From NCBI GenBank assembly GCA_963708025.1, contig CAVPSB010000002.1, positions 64,001 through 128,000 on the forward strand: 64,000 nucleotides of DNA, read 5' to 3'. The position numbers and the translations under genes were made by a program. This document shows positions 29,626 through 38,599 of this stretch, piece by piece. The notes under the pieces were generated by a model. The model did no database searches and had not been told where the DNA came from. It saw only the letters and a program-made list of their open reading frames with translations. This DNA comes from an uncultured Candidatus Rokubacteria bacterium. GTDB lineage: Bacteria; Methylomirabilota; Methylomirabilia; Rokubacteriales; DASRDR01. The first letter of the stretch is position 1, and every line of letters starts with the position of its first letter.

Positions 29626-30015
29626 GTCGGCTCCTCGTGGGGCTCGGCGGGCGGCCAGCCAGACGTCCCAAGCCGGTCCGAGCACCGGACGACGGTCGAG
29701 AGACGCGGCGGATATCACACTGGCGAAGCAGGCCCAGTTGAAGCTGCCCATCGCCTTCCACCCGGGGCACTCAAGTACTTCGCGGAGAAGGGCGTGCGCA
29801 TCGGGATGTAGCTCCCTGGGCGCGCCGAACGGAGAATGGGCCTCTGTGTCAGCTACACGCCCAGGTTTGTTCGGAAGCCTACGGGGAGAGCATCATGGAG
29901 CGGCCCCGTCACCAGGAGATCAAGCGCGCCGGGCTACGCCCTCGACTGGCCCGAGCTCGAGATCCCCTGAGGCGGCTCCTCATGGGGTTCAGCGGGGGGC
30001 CAGCCAGACGTTCCA
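29559..30015 (+). repeat. ~110-bp imperfect direct repeat (29559-29670 and 29906-30015)
   Basis: ccgtcacc.ggagatcaagcgcgc..gggctacgccctcgactggcccgagctc.agatcc.ctga..cggctcctc.tgggg.tc.gcggg.g.ccagccagacgt occurs twice. Confidence 0.85.
29705..29811 (+). pseudogene. C-terminal remnant resembling a TAXI-family TRAP solute-binding protein
   Basis: AADITLAKQAQLKLPIAFHPG then (one G missing) ALKYFAEKGVRIGM*; the P..HPGA..Y..EKG tail is typical of TAXI SBPs. Confidence 0.5.
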
Positions 30016-31563
30016 GAAGAAGGGCCGGTAGCGGTTGGCGTAGCCCCCGACGCCCTTCTGCTTGATGCGCAGGCTGAAGAAGTCGCCGAACTTGACGACC
30101 GGGACCTCCTGCCAGAACCAGCCCTGGATCTCCCGCCAGAGGGCCATGCGCTTGGACGGGTCGGTTTCGGCGGCCAGCCGGGCCATCATGGCCTCGAGCT
30201 TCGGGTCGCAGGTCCAGCCCGGCCAGTCGCAGCTCAGGATGACCTTGAACGCGGGGTCGGCGTCGAATCCGATGCCGGTCGTGAAGATGTCGTAGAGCTT
30301 GGGATCGCTCCGGCGCTGGACGACGGTCGCCCATTCGAGGACCTGGAGGTCGATCGTGAACCCGACGTCCTCGAGCTGCTGCTTGGCGGCCAGCGCCGAC
30401 TTGTACATCCAGTCGTAGAACTGGGTGCACATCCACCGGACCGGCTCGCCCTTGTAGCCGGCCTCCTGCATGAGCCGCTTGGCCTTCGCCCGATCCGGGT
30501 GGTTGTAGACGTCCTTGCCGACGTCCGCCCACCAGACCTGCTCGCGGAACTGGAGGCTCGGGTCCAGCCGGTAGAACTCCGGCCGGCCGACGGCGGCCTT
30601 CATGATCGGCTCCATGTCGAGCGCGGCCACGACGGCCTGGCGGAGGGTGCGGTTGGCGAAGAGCCCCTGCTTCTTGTTGAAGACGCCGCTGATCCACTCG
30701 TTCGGCTTGACGATCATCACGTCGAGCCGGGGGTTCTGGCCGAGCCGCTCGTAGGAGTCGGGCGCGATCCAGTCGCTGAAGTGGTACTCGCCGGACTCGA
30801 CCCCGGCGGCCCGGGTGGCGACGTCGGGAACCGGGATGAACTGGATCTCGTCCACGTGGGCGGTGCGCTTCCCGCCGTAGCCGCTCGCCGGCTCGGGCCG
30901 GGCGGCGTAGCGGTCGAAGCGGGCCAGCCGGACGTGACGGTCGGGGATCCGCTCGACGAAGCGGAAGGGGCCGGTCCCGACGAAGTCCTTGATCTGCCCG
31001 TCGCCCGCCGCCTCCACGACCTCCTTCGGGTAGATGGCCGGGAACTGGCTGGCGTTGGCGAGCGCCGAGACCACGATGCCGGAGGGGCTGGCCAGGCGCA
31101 GCTCGACGGTGTAGCGGTCCTTGGCCTGGATCGACTGGACCGACTTGAAGAGGAGCTTGCCGACGGTGGCGATCCGGCCCCACCGCGAGAGGGACGCCAC
31201 GACGTCCTCGGCCGACAGCTCCTTGCCGTTGTGGAACGGCACGCCCCGCCGGAGGCGGATCGTGTAGAGCTTGCCCCCGTCGCCGACCGCGTGGCCCTCG
31301 GCCAGCATCGGCACGACCGCGTACCGCTCGTCGAGGGTGAACAGGGGCTCGTAGAGGTGCGAGGTGACGTCGTAGGTCAGGCTGGCCGTCGTCCAGTGGG
31401 CGTCCAGCGCCGGGGGCTCGCCGATGATCGCGACCTTGAGGACCCCGCCCGCGCGCGGGGCCTCCTGCCCCCGGGCGGCGCCGCGGAGCACGAAGGGCCC
31501 GGCGGCCGCCGCGGTGAGGGCGCCCGTGAGAAACGTCCGGCGTGAGGTGGCTGCGCTCGCCAT
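29989..31563 (-). CDS. ABC substrate-binding protein family 5 (peptide/nickel), Tat-type signal
   Basis: SRRTFL, LYEPL, LR.GV.FHNG..L.AEDV..S, GTGPF. Confidence 0.9.
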   Translation of the reverse strand: MASAATSRRTFLTGALTAAAAGPFVLRGAARGQEAPRAGGVLKVAIIGEPPALDAHWTTASLTYDVTSHLYEPLFTLDERYAVVPMLAEGHAVGDGGKLYTIRLRRGVPFHNGKELSAEDVVASLSRWGRIATVGKLLFKSVQSIQAKDRYTVELRLASPSGIVVSALANASQFPAIYPKEVVEAAGDGQIKDFVGTGPFRFVERIPDRHVRLARFDRYAARPEPASGYGGKRTAHVDEIQFIPVPDVATRAAGVESGEYHFSDWIAPDSYERLGQNPRLDVMIVKPNEWISGVFNKKQGLFANRTLRQAVVAALDMEPIMKAAVGRPEFYRLDPSLQFREQVWWADVGKDVYNHPDRAKAKRLMQEAGYKGEPVRWMCTQFYDWMYKSALAAKQQLEDVGFTIDLQVLEWATVVQRRSDPKLYDIFTTGIGFDADPAFKVILSCDWPGWTCDPKLEAMMARLAAETDPSKRMALWREIQGWFWQEVPVVKFGDFFSLRIKQKGVGGYANRYRPFFWNVWLAPR

Positions 31564-31566
31564 GAT

Positions 31567-32826
31567 CTATCCTCCCGTCGAGGTGAGCCGGCGGAGAAGG
31601 TCCTGCTGCCGGTCCAGCATCTCACGCACGCGACCGTCGAGATCGCGCCCCGCGGCGCGGCGGTCGCTCGCCACCAGGTCGAGCCACTGCCGCTCGCGCG
31701 CGGCCCACACCGCCTGCACGATGGGCGTCCGACCGGCGGGGTCGGTCATCACCGCGTCCCCGAGCGCTTTCATCCGCCACCAGGCCGACGCCGGGTCGGG
31801 CTCGCCGGTCCCGGTCGCCAGCGGCGCCGAAAGCGGCTCACCGAGCGGCACGGCGATGGGCACGAACAGGCTGGTGCAGGGCGTGGTGAGGCTGCACCAG
31901 GCGACGACCGGGAGGTGCCCGTCGCGGGGCAGCTCCGCCACCATGCCGGCCGCCGTGGCACCGGTGGCCGGCTCCGGGTGCATGCACACGGACCAGCCGA
32001 AGGGGTCACCGTCCTTGCGCCCGGGCCGGTGGACGGTGCCGCCGTCGTAGTGGTCGCGGAGGTGCCGCATGAGGTCCGCCACCGCCAGCCGGCCGGTGGC
32101 GGTCAGGAAGCGACAGCTCGCCTCGTAGCGGGCTTCCGCCCGGTAGCGCGGCTCGGGGTTCTCGAACGCCGCCCGGAAGTCGAAGCGCCGGCCGGGCGCC
32201 GGCTGCCACCAGCCGCGCTGGGCGGCGTAGGCCTCGATCCCGCCGGAGGCCTCGTCCCAGTCGTCGCCGATGGTGGCCAGGTTCGAGATCGCCGCGCGGC
32301 CCCGCACCCGCCGGGCCACCCAGTGGCGCGCGGACGTCTCGAGCACCCACGCTTCCTCGGGATCCGCGATGATCAAGCTGTTGTGGTAGCGCCGGGTACC
32401 CCCGTAGGCGGCGCTCCCGCCCTGCCCGAAGCGCTCGAGGTGCTCCGTGATCACCCGCTTCGCCTCGGCGGCCGTGCCCCCCCGCTCGAGGCCGAGACGG
32501 ACGAGGTCCATGCCGAGGAGTCCCGTCTCGGCCGGCTCCTCGCGCGTGTGGAGCGCCTCGTTGCCGATGGCCACGCGGCGCTCGTTCACCCCGTGCTCGA
32601 AGCCCCAGAGCCACCAGGGGCGGCTCCCCAGCACGGCCAGCGTCGCCGGCGCCTGGGGAACTTCCAGATACTGGCAGCGCACCGTGCTGCCGGACGGATG
32701 GGACGCCGCCGGGCCCCGGTAGAGCGGCTGGCACTCGGTCGCCGGGCGGTCGCTGTTCTTGGCGAAGAGGGTGTGGCCGTCGCGGGTGTGCGCGGCCTGG
32801 ACGACGAGGGTGTCGCAGCTGGTCAT
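31567..32826 (-). CDS. Peptidase C69 / secernin-like Ntn hydrolase
   Basis: SCDT N-terminal Cys, FAKNSDRP, WGFEHGVNE, GMDLVRLGLER, EAWVLET. Confidence 0.88.
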   Translation of the reverse strand: MTSCDTLVVQAAHTRDGHTLFAKNSDRPATECQPLYRGPAASHPSGSTVRCQYLEVPQAPATLAVLGSRPWWLWGFEHGVNERRVAIGNEALHTREEPAETGLLGMDLVRLGLERGGTAAEAKRVITEHLERFGQGGSAAYGGTRRYHNSLIIADPEEAWVLETSARHWVARRVRGRAAISNLATIGDDWDEASGGIEAYAAQRGWWQPAPGRRFDFRAAFENPEPRYRAEARYEASCRFLTATGRLAVADLMRHLRDHYDGGTVHRPGRKDGDPFGWSVCMHPEPATGATAAGMVAELPRDGHLPVVAWCSLTTPCTSLFVPIAVPLGEPLSAPLATGTGEPDPASAWWRMKALGDAVMTDPAGRTPIVQAVWAARERQWLDLVASDRRAAGRDLDGRVREMLDRQQDLLRRLTSTGG

Positions 32827-32873
32827 GGTCGCCTCACGGTGGTCGGCGGGGTCGCCCGAGCGCCGCCGCCGCG

Positions 32874-32903
32874 ACCATAGCCGGGCGGCGGCGCGGCTGT
32901 CAA
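32874..32903 (-). promoter_or_regulatory. Sigma-70-type promoter for the C69/SBP pair
   Basis: TTGACA-18-TATGGT on the minus strand. Confidence 0.55.
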
Positions 32904-33223
32904 GAGGCGCGGCGATCGTGACGGAGGAGGCGGGTCAGGCGCCCGATCAGGCGCCGGAAGGGCGTCTCGAGCAGGCCGGCCCGGCGCGCGACCCGCGGGT
33001 CGACGCGGATGCGCAGCGAGTGCAGCACGTAGGGCGAGCGCAGGACGTCGATGATCCGCTCCTGGGGGAGGCCCACCCGGCGGAGCAGCCGCTCGAGCGC
33101 CGCCGGATCCCGCACGCGGAGCGACTCGGCGGGACCGCCGTCCGCGGGGTGCGCGGGAACGAAGCGCACGTCGAAGGCGTCCGGCTCCTGCCATCGGATG
33201 ACGAGGTTCCCTTCGATCTGCAC
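32900..33223 (-). CDS. Hypothetical protein (start uncertain)
   Basis: VQIEGNLVIRWQEPDAFDVRFVP... globular-looking ORF filling the gap. Confidence 0.55.
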   Translation of the reverse strand: MQIEGNLVIRWQEPDAFDVRFVPAHPADGGPAESLRVRDPAALERLLRRVGLPQERIIDVLRSPYVLHSLRIRVDPRVARRAGLLETPFRRLIGRLTRLLRHDRRAS

Positions 33224-33331
33224 CTTCTGAGGATAGCACCCCCGGTTTCGCGCCCCACCGGAACGCGAGCGCCATACAATGAGACTCATGTGGGATTCTC
33301 AGACGGGCGCTTCACCGGAGATCTGAGGCGA

Positions 33332-34000
33332 ATGGCGAGCCGGCCGAAGCCACCGGGGAGCGCGATGCCACCGGTGCCGGACCGACCGACGCTCGAGAAT
33401 GCCCGCGAGGCCGCCCGGGCGTGCCGGGCCTGTGAGCTGTGGCGGACCGGGACGCAGACGGTCTTCGGCGAAGGGGCGCCTGACGCGGAGGTGATGCTGG
33501 TCGGGGAGCAGCCGGGCGACCAGGAAGACCTGACGGGCCGGCCGTTCGTGGGCCCCGCCGGAAAGCTCCTCGACCGGGCGCTCGCGGAGGCGGGGATCGA
33601 CCGCCGGCGCGTCTACGTCACGAACGTCGTCAAGCACTTCAAGTGGGAGCCGCGCGGCAAGCGGCGGATCCACGCCAAGCCGAGCGCGGCCGAGATCGCC
33701 GCCTGCCGACCGTGGCTCGAGACCGAGATCGCCCTCGTCAGGCCGCGGATCATCGTGTGCCTCGGCGCCACCGCCGCCCAGGCGCTCCTGGGAAAGGCCT
33801 TCAAGGTGACACGGCAGCGGGGCGAGTTCCTCGCCTCGCCGCTGGCCACGCTGGTGGTGGCGACGGTCCATCCCTCGGCAGTCCTCCGGGCGCCGGACGA
33901 GAAGACCCGTCGCGCGGAGACGCGGCGCTTCGTGGCGGACCTCGCGAAGGTCGCGGCGCGGCTCGCTGGCCGGTCGGGGGCGGCCCGCGCTAGGTCGTGA
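33332..34000 (+). CDS. udgX: UdgX-family uracil-DNA binding protein
   Basis: C..C.LW (Fe-S), GEQPG, KHFKW..GKRRIHAKP R-loop, HPSAVLR. Confidence 0.88.
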   Translation: MASRPKPPGSAMPPVPDRPTLENAREAARACRACELWRTGTQTVFGEGAPDAEVMLVGEQPGDQEDLTGRPFVGPAGKLLDRALAEAGIDRRRVYVTNVVKHFKWEPRGKRRIHAKPSAAEIAACRPWLETEIALVRPRIIVCLGATAAQALLGKAFKVTRQRGEFLASPLATLVVATVHPSAVLRAPDEKTRRAETRRFVADLAKVAARLAGRSGAARARS

Positions 34001-35657
34001 TCTGGCTGTAGATCCCGGCGGGGACGAGGCGGAAGACGCGGACCGGTTGCGCCACGTTCTTGAGCTGGTGCTCGCCGGTGTCCTCCAGCACGTAGTGGCC
34101 CTTGATCCGCTCGGCCGTCTCGGGGCCGATCTTGACCTCGCCTCCCTTGGTGAGGCCGGCGACGCGGGCGGCCAGGTTGGTGGTGGGGCCGGTCGCCGTG
34201 AAGGTCCAGCGGCCGCCGCCGGCGGCGTCGAGCTTCGTCGCCCCGACCAGGGCCGGCCCGCTGTTGATCCCCACGTGGATGGCGACCGTGGGGTAGATGC
34301 CGGTGAACGCCTGGTTGAGCTCGGTCACCTTGGCCAGGAGCTGGAAGGCCGCCCCGGCGGCGTTCAGGGCGTGGCGCGACCGGCTCCCCTCGCTCTGGAA
34401 GATCACCATCAGCCCGTCGCCGGCGGTCTCGTTGACGTCGCCGTGGTTGGCCCGGATGATCTCGAGGAAGGCCGAGAAGTAGTCCTGGATCATCTTGTTG
34501 AGCCGCTGGGTCGGGAGCTGCTCGGACAGCCGCGTGTAGCCTTCCACGTCCAGGAACACTACCGAGACGTCGGCCTCGCGCTTCTCCAGCTCCCGGGCGT
34601 CGGGGTGCTGCTCCAGCATGCGCTTCACCGACTCCGGCACGAACTTGGACAGCTCGCCCTTCACCTGCTCGAGGAGCGCGACCTTCTGCATCGAGTCTTT
34701 CAGGCTCTGGAGTGTCGCCGCCAGCTCCGTGTTCCGCGCTTCCAGGTCGGTGCGGGCCGTCTGGAGCCGCTCGGCCATGTCGTTGACGACCCGGCCGAGC
34801 TGGCCGATCTCGTCCTGGCCCGGCCGGGCGACCCGGGCGTCGAAGTCCCCGGCCCCGATCCGGCGGGCGGCGCCGGCAACGCGGCCGATCGGCTGGAGGA
34901 TGAGCCGGCCGGTGGAGACCACGAGGGCGGCGGCCACGCCTAGGATGGAGAGCGCGGCGATCAGGATCTGGCGCCAGCGGGCGGCGCGCAGCTCGGCGTC
35001 CAGCTTGTCGAGCCCCAGGCTGATGCGGACCACGCCCCGGACCTGGTGGTCCGTGCCGTGGCACTCCTGGCACTTAGGCTGGTTCCGGAGCGGGCGGAAG
35101 AGGGTCAGGGCCCGGAGCCCGTCCACCAGCTCGTCGGCCTCCTGGGGCTCGACCGTCTCGACCGCGCGGGTGAACAGCGGATGAATGATCCGCTCGCCCG
35201 GGTCCCGCTTCATCTTGGCGATCCGCTCGATGAGGGTCGTCTCCAGGCCGGCGTTCCGGTTCACCTCGTTCACGGTCTCGAGGTCGGTGAAGGCCTCCAC
35301 GCCGTTCCGGCGGTAGACATCGAGGCGTCGGACGTCCTTGATCTCCGCCTTGAGCTGCCCCACGAGCTGGCGGGTGATGTCCGGCCGGCCCTCGAGCATG
35401 CCGTTCTCGATCGCGGCGAAGATCGAGTCGCCGAGCAGACGCACGGCTTCCCGGTGCCGGGCGATCAGCGACTGGGCCTCGCGGCGGATGTTGAGGAGCA
35501 CCAGGATGCCGAAGCCCAGGATCAGGATGGCAACGATCAGCGAGATGACCTTGAAGCGGAGCTGCTGGCGGAACGGGGTGACGGAGCCGCCCGCGCCGCT
35601 CGACTGGGCGGGGGTCGCGCCCTCGCCCCCCGGGGGGTCGGCGTCAGGGCTCGTCAC
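33990..35657 (-). CDS. Membrane class III nucleotide cyclase with periplasmic CxxCH heme sensor and HAMP domain
   Basis: Two TM segments flanking CQECH; HAMP (GDF..R..DEIGQL..NDM); VFLDVEGYT, ETAGDG, GINSG, N.AAR. Confidence 0.88.
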   Translation of the reverse strand: MTSPDADPPGGEGATPAQSSGAGGSVTPFRQQLRFKVISLIVAILILGFGILVLLNIRREAQSLIARHREAVRLLGDSIFAAIENGMLEGRPDITRQLVGQLKAEIKDVRRLDVYRRNGVEAFTDLETVNEVNRNAGLETTLIERIAKMKRDPGERIIHPLFTRAVETVEPQEADELVDGLRALTLFRPLRNQPKCQECHGTDHQVRGVVRISLGLDKLDAELRAARWRQILIAALSILGVAAALVVSTGRLILQPIGRVAGAARRIGAGDFDARVARPGQDEIGQLGRVVNDMAERLQTARTDLEARNTELAATLQSLKDSMQKVALLEQVKGELSKFVPESVKRMLEQHPDARELEKREADVSVVFLDVEGYTRLSEQLPTQRLNKMIQDYFSAFLEIIRANHGDVNETAGDGLMVIFQSEGSRSRHALNAAGAAFQLLAKVTELNQAFTGIYPTVAIHVGINSGPALVGATKLDAAGGGRWTFTATGPTTNLAARVAGLTKGGEVKIGPETAERIKGHYVLEDTGEHQLKNVAQPVRVFRLVPAGIYSQITT

Positions 35658-35821
35658 GCCGGGCAGGATGGCATCCGATCCCCGGGGCTGTCAATGTCCG
35701 CCCGGCCGGATGCCCGCTCATCGTCCCAGGTGCCCTGGTTGACGTTACGGCCACACCACGGGCACTTCACCGTATCGGACGGGACGGGACTCCGACAGCC
35801 GGGGCAGAGCACGGGGATCAC
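35654..35821 (-). CDS. 55-aa zinc-ribbon-like protein (absent from ORF track)
   Basis: VIPVLCPGCRSPVPSDTVKCPWCGRN..; TAGAAT 6 nt before GTG; GTGA overlap with cyclase start. Confidence 0.5.
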   Translation of the reverse strand: MIPVLCPGCRSPVPSDTVKCPWCGRNVNQGTWDDERASGRADIDSPGDRMPSCPA

Positions 35822-35882
35822 GACCCGATTCTACCGTCGCCGCGCGCGATTGACCACCGGGCGCCGGCCCGCTCACCGCCAT

Positions 35883-35965
35883 CCTCCGACCCCCCTCCCC
35901 CAGTGGGTGGGAGGGGGCCAAAGGCCGAAGGCCGTCAACGGATAGGGTGGGAGGGAGGTCCCGAA
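35883..35965 (+). repeat. Family-1 repeat copy 7
   Basis: cctccgacccccctcccc..ccaaaggccgaaggccgtc..gggtgggagggaggtcccgaa, followed by TATAAT at 35971. Confidence 0.75.
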
Positions 35966-35992
35966 CAACCTATAATGCCGTCCCGTCGCGCC

Positions 35993-36847
35993 ATGCTGGT
36001 CGACTGTCACGCCCACCTCCTGCCGCCTGACCGGATGGCCAAGCTGATCCGGTGGACCCGGCGCTTCAGCCCGTCGCACCCGGTCCCCGACACGGTGACC
36101 CTGGACGCGCTGCTGGCCGAGTACCGGGCGGCCGGCGTGGACCGCGTCTGGAACTTCGCCCACGCCATCTTTCCCGAGGAGACCGAGCCGTTGAACGCGT
36201 GGAACTGGCGGCTCGGGCAGGCCCACCCCGAGGTCGTGCCGTTCGGGACCTGTCATCCCGAGACGCCGGCGCCGCTGGAGGCGATCGATCGCTGCTTCGA
36301 CGGATACGGCTTCGTGGGGATGAAGTTCCACCCGTTCGTCCAGCGCTTCACGCCGTGGGAGCCGCGGTTCTTCCCGCTCTGGGAGCGGATCGCCGGCCAC
36401 GGCGGGCTCGTCGTCTTCCACACGGGCTTCGAGGAGTTCTACGGTGGCGCGCTGCCGATCGGCGGCTTCGAGGCGATCCTCCGCGCGCTGCCGGAGCTGC
36501 GGGTCGTCTTCGCCCACGCCAACTACCCCTGGGTCGGCGCCGCCTTCGACCTCCTGGCCCGGCACCCGAACCTCTACCTCGACACCGTCCACGTCTTCGC
36601 GCGCGTCACCCAGGAGTGGGACCGCCGGGTGGACCAGCCCGCCGCCTGGGAGGGGCTCCGTGCGGGCCTGGCCCGGTTCCCGGACCGGGTGATGTTCGGC
36701 ACCGATCACCCCTCGGGGACCGGCACGCTGGCCGAGATGTACCACGAGGTCCGCGCCTTCGGCCTCCCCGAGGCGCTCGAGCGGCGGCTCCTCGGCGAGA
36801 CGGCCCTCGGGCTCGCCCGACCGGCACTGCCGCCGGCTTCTCACTAG
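35993..36847 (+). CDS. Amidohydrolase family protein (Amidohydro_2)
   Basis: DCHAH, GMKFHP, FHTG, AH, NLYLDT, FGTDHP. Confidence 0.87.
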   Translation: MLVDCHAHLLPPDRMAKLIRWTRRFSPSHPVPDTVTLDALLAEYRAAGVDRVWNFAHAIFPEETEPLNAWNWRLGQAHPEVVPFGTCHPETPAPLEAIDRCFDGYGFVGMKFHPFVQRFTPWEPRFFPLWERIAGHGGLVVFHTGFEEFYGGALPIGGFEAILRALPELRVVFAHANYPWVGAAFDLLARHPNLYLDTVHVFARVTQEWDRRVDQPAAWEGLRAGLARFPDRVMFGTDHPSGTGTLAEMYHEVRAFGLPEALERRLLGETALGLARPALPPASH

Positions 36848-36906
36848 CCGGTGGGGCGGTGCCGGGGTACAATACCTTCACCAATCGCTTGCCAAGGAGG
36901 CGACCC

Positions 36907-37200
36907 ATGGCCGAGGAGACCGGAACGAGCGTCCGCGACAAGGTGCAGGAACTGCTCGACACCTCCATCAATCCGGCGGTGGCGGGGCACGGCGGCTACA
37001 TCGAGCTGCTGGACGTCAAGGACAGCACCGTCTACCTCCGGATGGGCGGCGGCTGCCAGGGCTGCGGCGCCGCCGACGTCACGCTCAAGTCCGGGATCGA
37101 GCGGATGATCTTCGAGGAGGTTCCCGAGATCACCGAGGTCCTCGACGTGACCGATCACGCGTCGGGGTCCAATCCCTACTACGCGCCCTCCAAGGGCTAG
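36907..37200 (+). CDS. NifU/NfuA C-terminal-domain Fe-S carrier
   Basis: INPAVAGHGG..GGGCQGC..TLKSGIE..DVTDH..G.NPYY; AGGAGG RBS; TACAAT at 36868. Confidence 0.9.
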   Translation: MAEETGTSVRDKVQELLDTSINPAVAGHGGYIELLDVKDSTVYLRMGGGCQGCGAADVTLKSGIERMIFEEVPEITEVLDVTDHASGSNPYYAPSKG

Positions 37201-37261
37201 GCACCGCCGGCGCTGCTCCGCTGTCTGAGGCCCCGACCCGGCTGACGGGCCGGGGGTCGTC

Positions 37262-38539
37262 ATGTCGCGCCTGCTCCTGCTGATCCCGACCACGACCTAT
37301 CGCACCGAGGACTTCGTCGCCGCCGCCGAGAAGCTCGGCGTCGATCTCGTCGTCGCCTCGGAGCGTCCGAGCACCTTCGAGGCCGAGTTCCCCGACGGGC
37401 TGATGACCCTCGACTTCGCGGACCCCGGCAAGGCGGCGCGGAAGGTCGAGGAGTTCGCCCGCCGGCACCCGATCGACGCCGTGGTGCCCGTGGACGACCT
37501 CACCACGGTGGTCGCCGCCGCCATCGCGGGCGCCCTCGGGCTCCCCGCTTCCAACCCGGTCGGCGCCGTCGCCAGCGCGCGGAACAAGCTCGCGATGCGC
37601 GAGGCTCTGCGCCAGGCCGGCGTCCCGTGCCCCGCCTACCACCTCTTCACCGTCGGGGACGACCCGATGGCTGCCGCCCGGCGGGTCGGCTACCCGTGCG
37701 TGCTGAAGCCGACGATTCTCGCCGCGAGCCGCGGGGTCATCCGGGCCGATTCCGAGGCGGAGTTCGTCGCCGCCTTCCGGCGCATCGAGGCGATCCTGAG
37801 GACCCCCGAGGTGGCGGCGCACGGGGAGGGCGCGGAGCAGATCCTGGTCGAGGCCTTCGTTCCCGGCCGGGAGGTCGCCCTCGAGGGCCTGCTGGTGGGC
37901 GGGACCCTCGAGGTGCTGGCCCTCTTCGACAAGCCGGATCCCCTCGACGGCCCGTTCTTCGAGGAGACGATCTACGTCACCCCGTCGCGGCTGCCGGCCG
38001 AGGCCCAGGCGGCGATCGCCGGGGCCACCGCGGCCGCCGCCGGCGCGCTCGGGCTCCTGGAGGGGCCGGTGCACGCCGAGCTGCGGCTCGACGGCTCCCG
38101 GGCCTGGATCATCGAGATCGCCGCGCGCTCGATCGGCGGCCTCTGCTCGCGGACCCTGCGCTTCGGGACCGGCATGTCGCTCGAGGAGCTGATCCTGCGC
38201 CATGCCCTCGGCCTGCCGTTCACCACGGCGCGCGAGCGGCAGCCGGCCGGGGTGATGATGATCCCGATCCCGCGCAGGGGCGTGCTGGAGGCGGTCCGTG
38301 GCCAGGAAGCGGCCGCCGCCGTGCCCGGGATCGAGGCGGTCACGATCACGGCGCATCCCGGGCAGGAGCTGGTCCCGCTTCCCGAGGGCGCGCAGTATCC
38401 CGGCTTCATCTTCGCCCGCGCCGACACGCCGGACGCGGTGGAAGCGGCCCTCCGCGAGGCCCATCGCCGCCTGGAGCTGGTGACCTGTCGGGACCTCCGG
38501 GACCTCCCGCCCCCCCCAGCCCCCCTCCCCCACCGATAG
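37262..38539 (+). CDS. ATP-grasp domain protein
   Basis: RNKLAMR, GYPCVLKP..ASRGVIR, VEAFVPG.E, HAELR, IEIAAR. Confidence 0.88.
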   Translation: MSRLLLLIPTTTYRTEDFVAAAEKLGVDLVVASERPSTFEAEFPDGLMTLDFADPGKAARKVEEFARRHPIDAVVPVDDLTTVVAAAIAGALGLPASNPVGAVASARNKLAMREALRQAGVPCPAYHLFTVGDDPMAAARRVGYPCVLKPTILAASRGVIRADSEAEFVAAFRRIEAILRTPEVAAHGEGAEQILVEAFVPGREVALEGLLVGGTLEVLALFDKPDPLDGPFFEETIYVTPSRLPAEAQAAIAGATAAAAGALGLLEGPVHAELRLDGSRAWIIEIAARSIGGLCSRTLRFGTGMSLEELILRHALGLPFTTARERQPAGVMMIPIPRRGVLEAVRGQEAAAAVPGIEAVTITAHPGQELVPLPEGAQYPGFIFARADTPDAVEAALREAHRRLELVTCRDLRDLPPPPAPLPHR

Positions 38540-38580
38540 ACGGCCTTCGGCCTGTGGCGCGGGGGAGGGGGGTGTCGGAA
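38490..38580 (-). repeat. Family-1 repeat copy 8 (overlaps 3' end of ATP-grasp gene)
   Basis: Minus strand: ttccgacacccccctccccc..caggccgaaggccgtc..gggggaggggggctggggggggcgggaggtcccg. Confidence 0.8.
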
Positions 38581-38599
38581 GCGCGTATTCCTCACGGCT

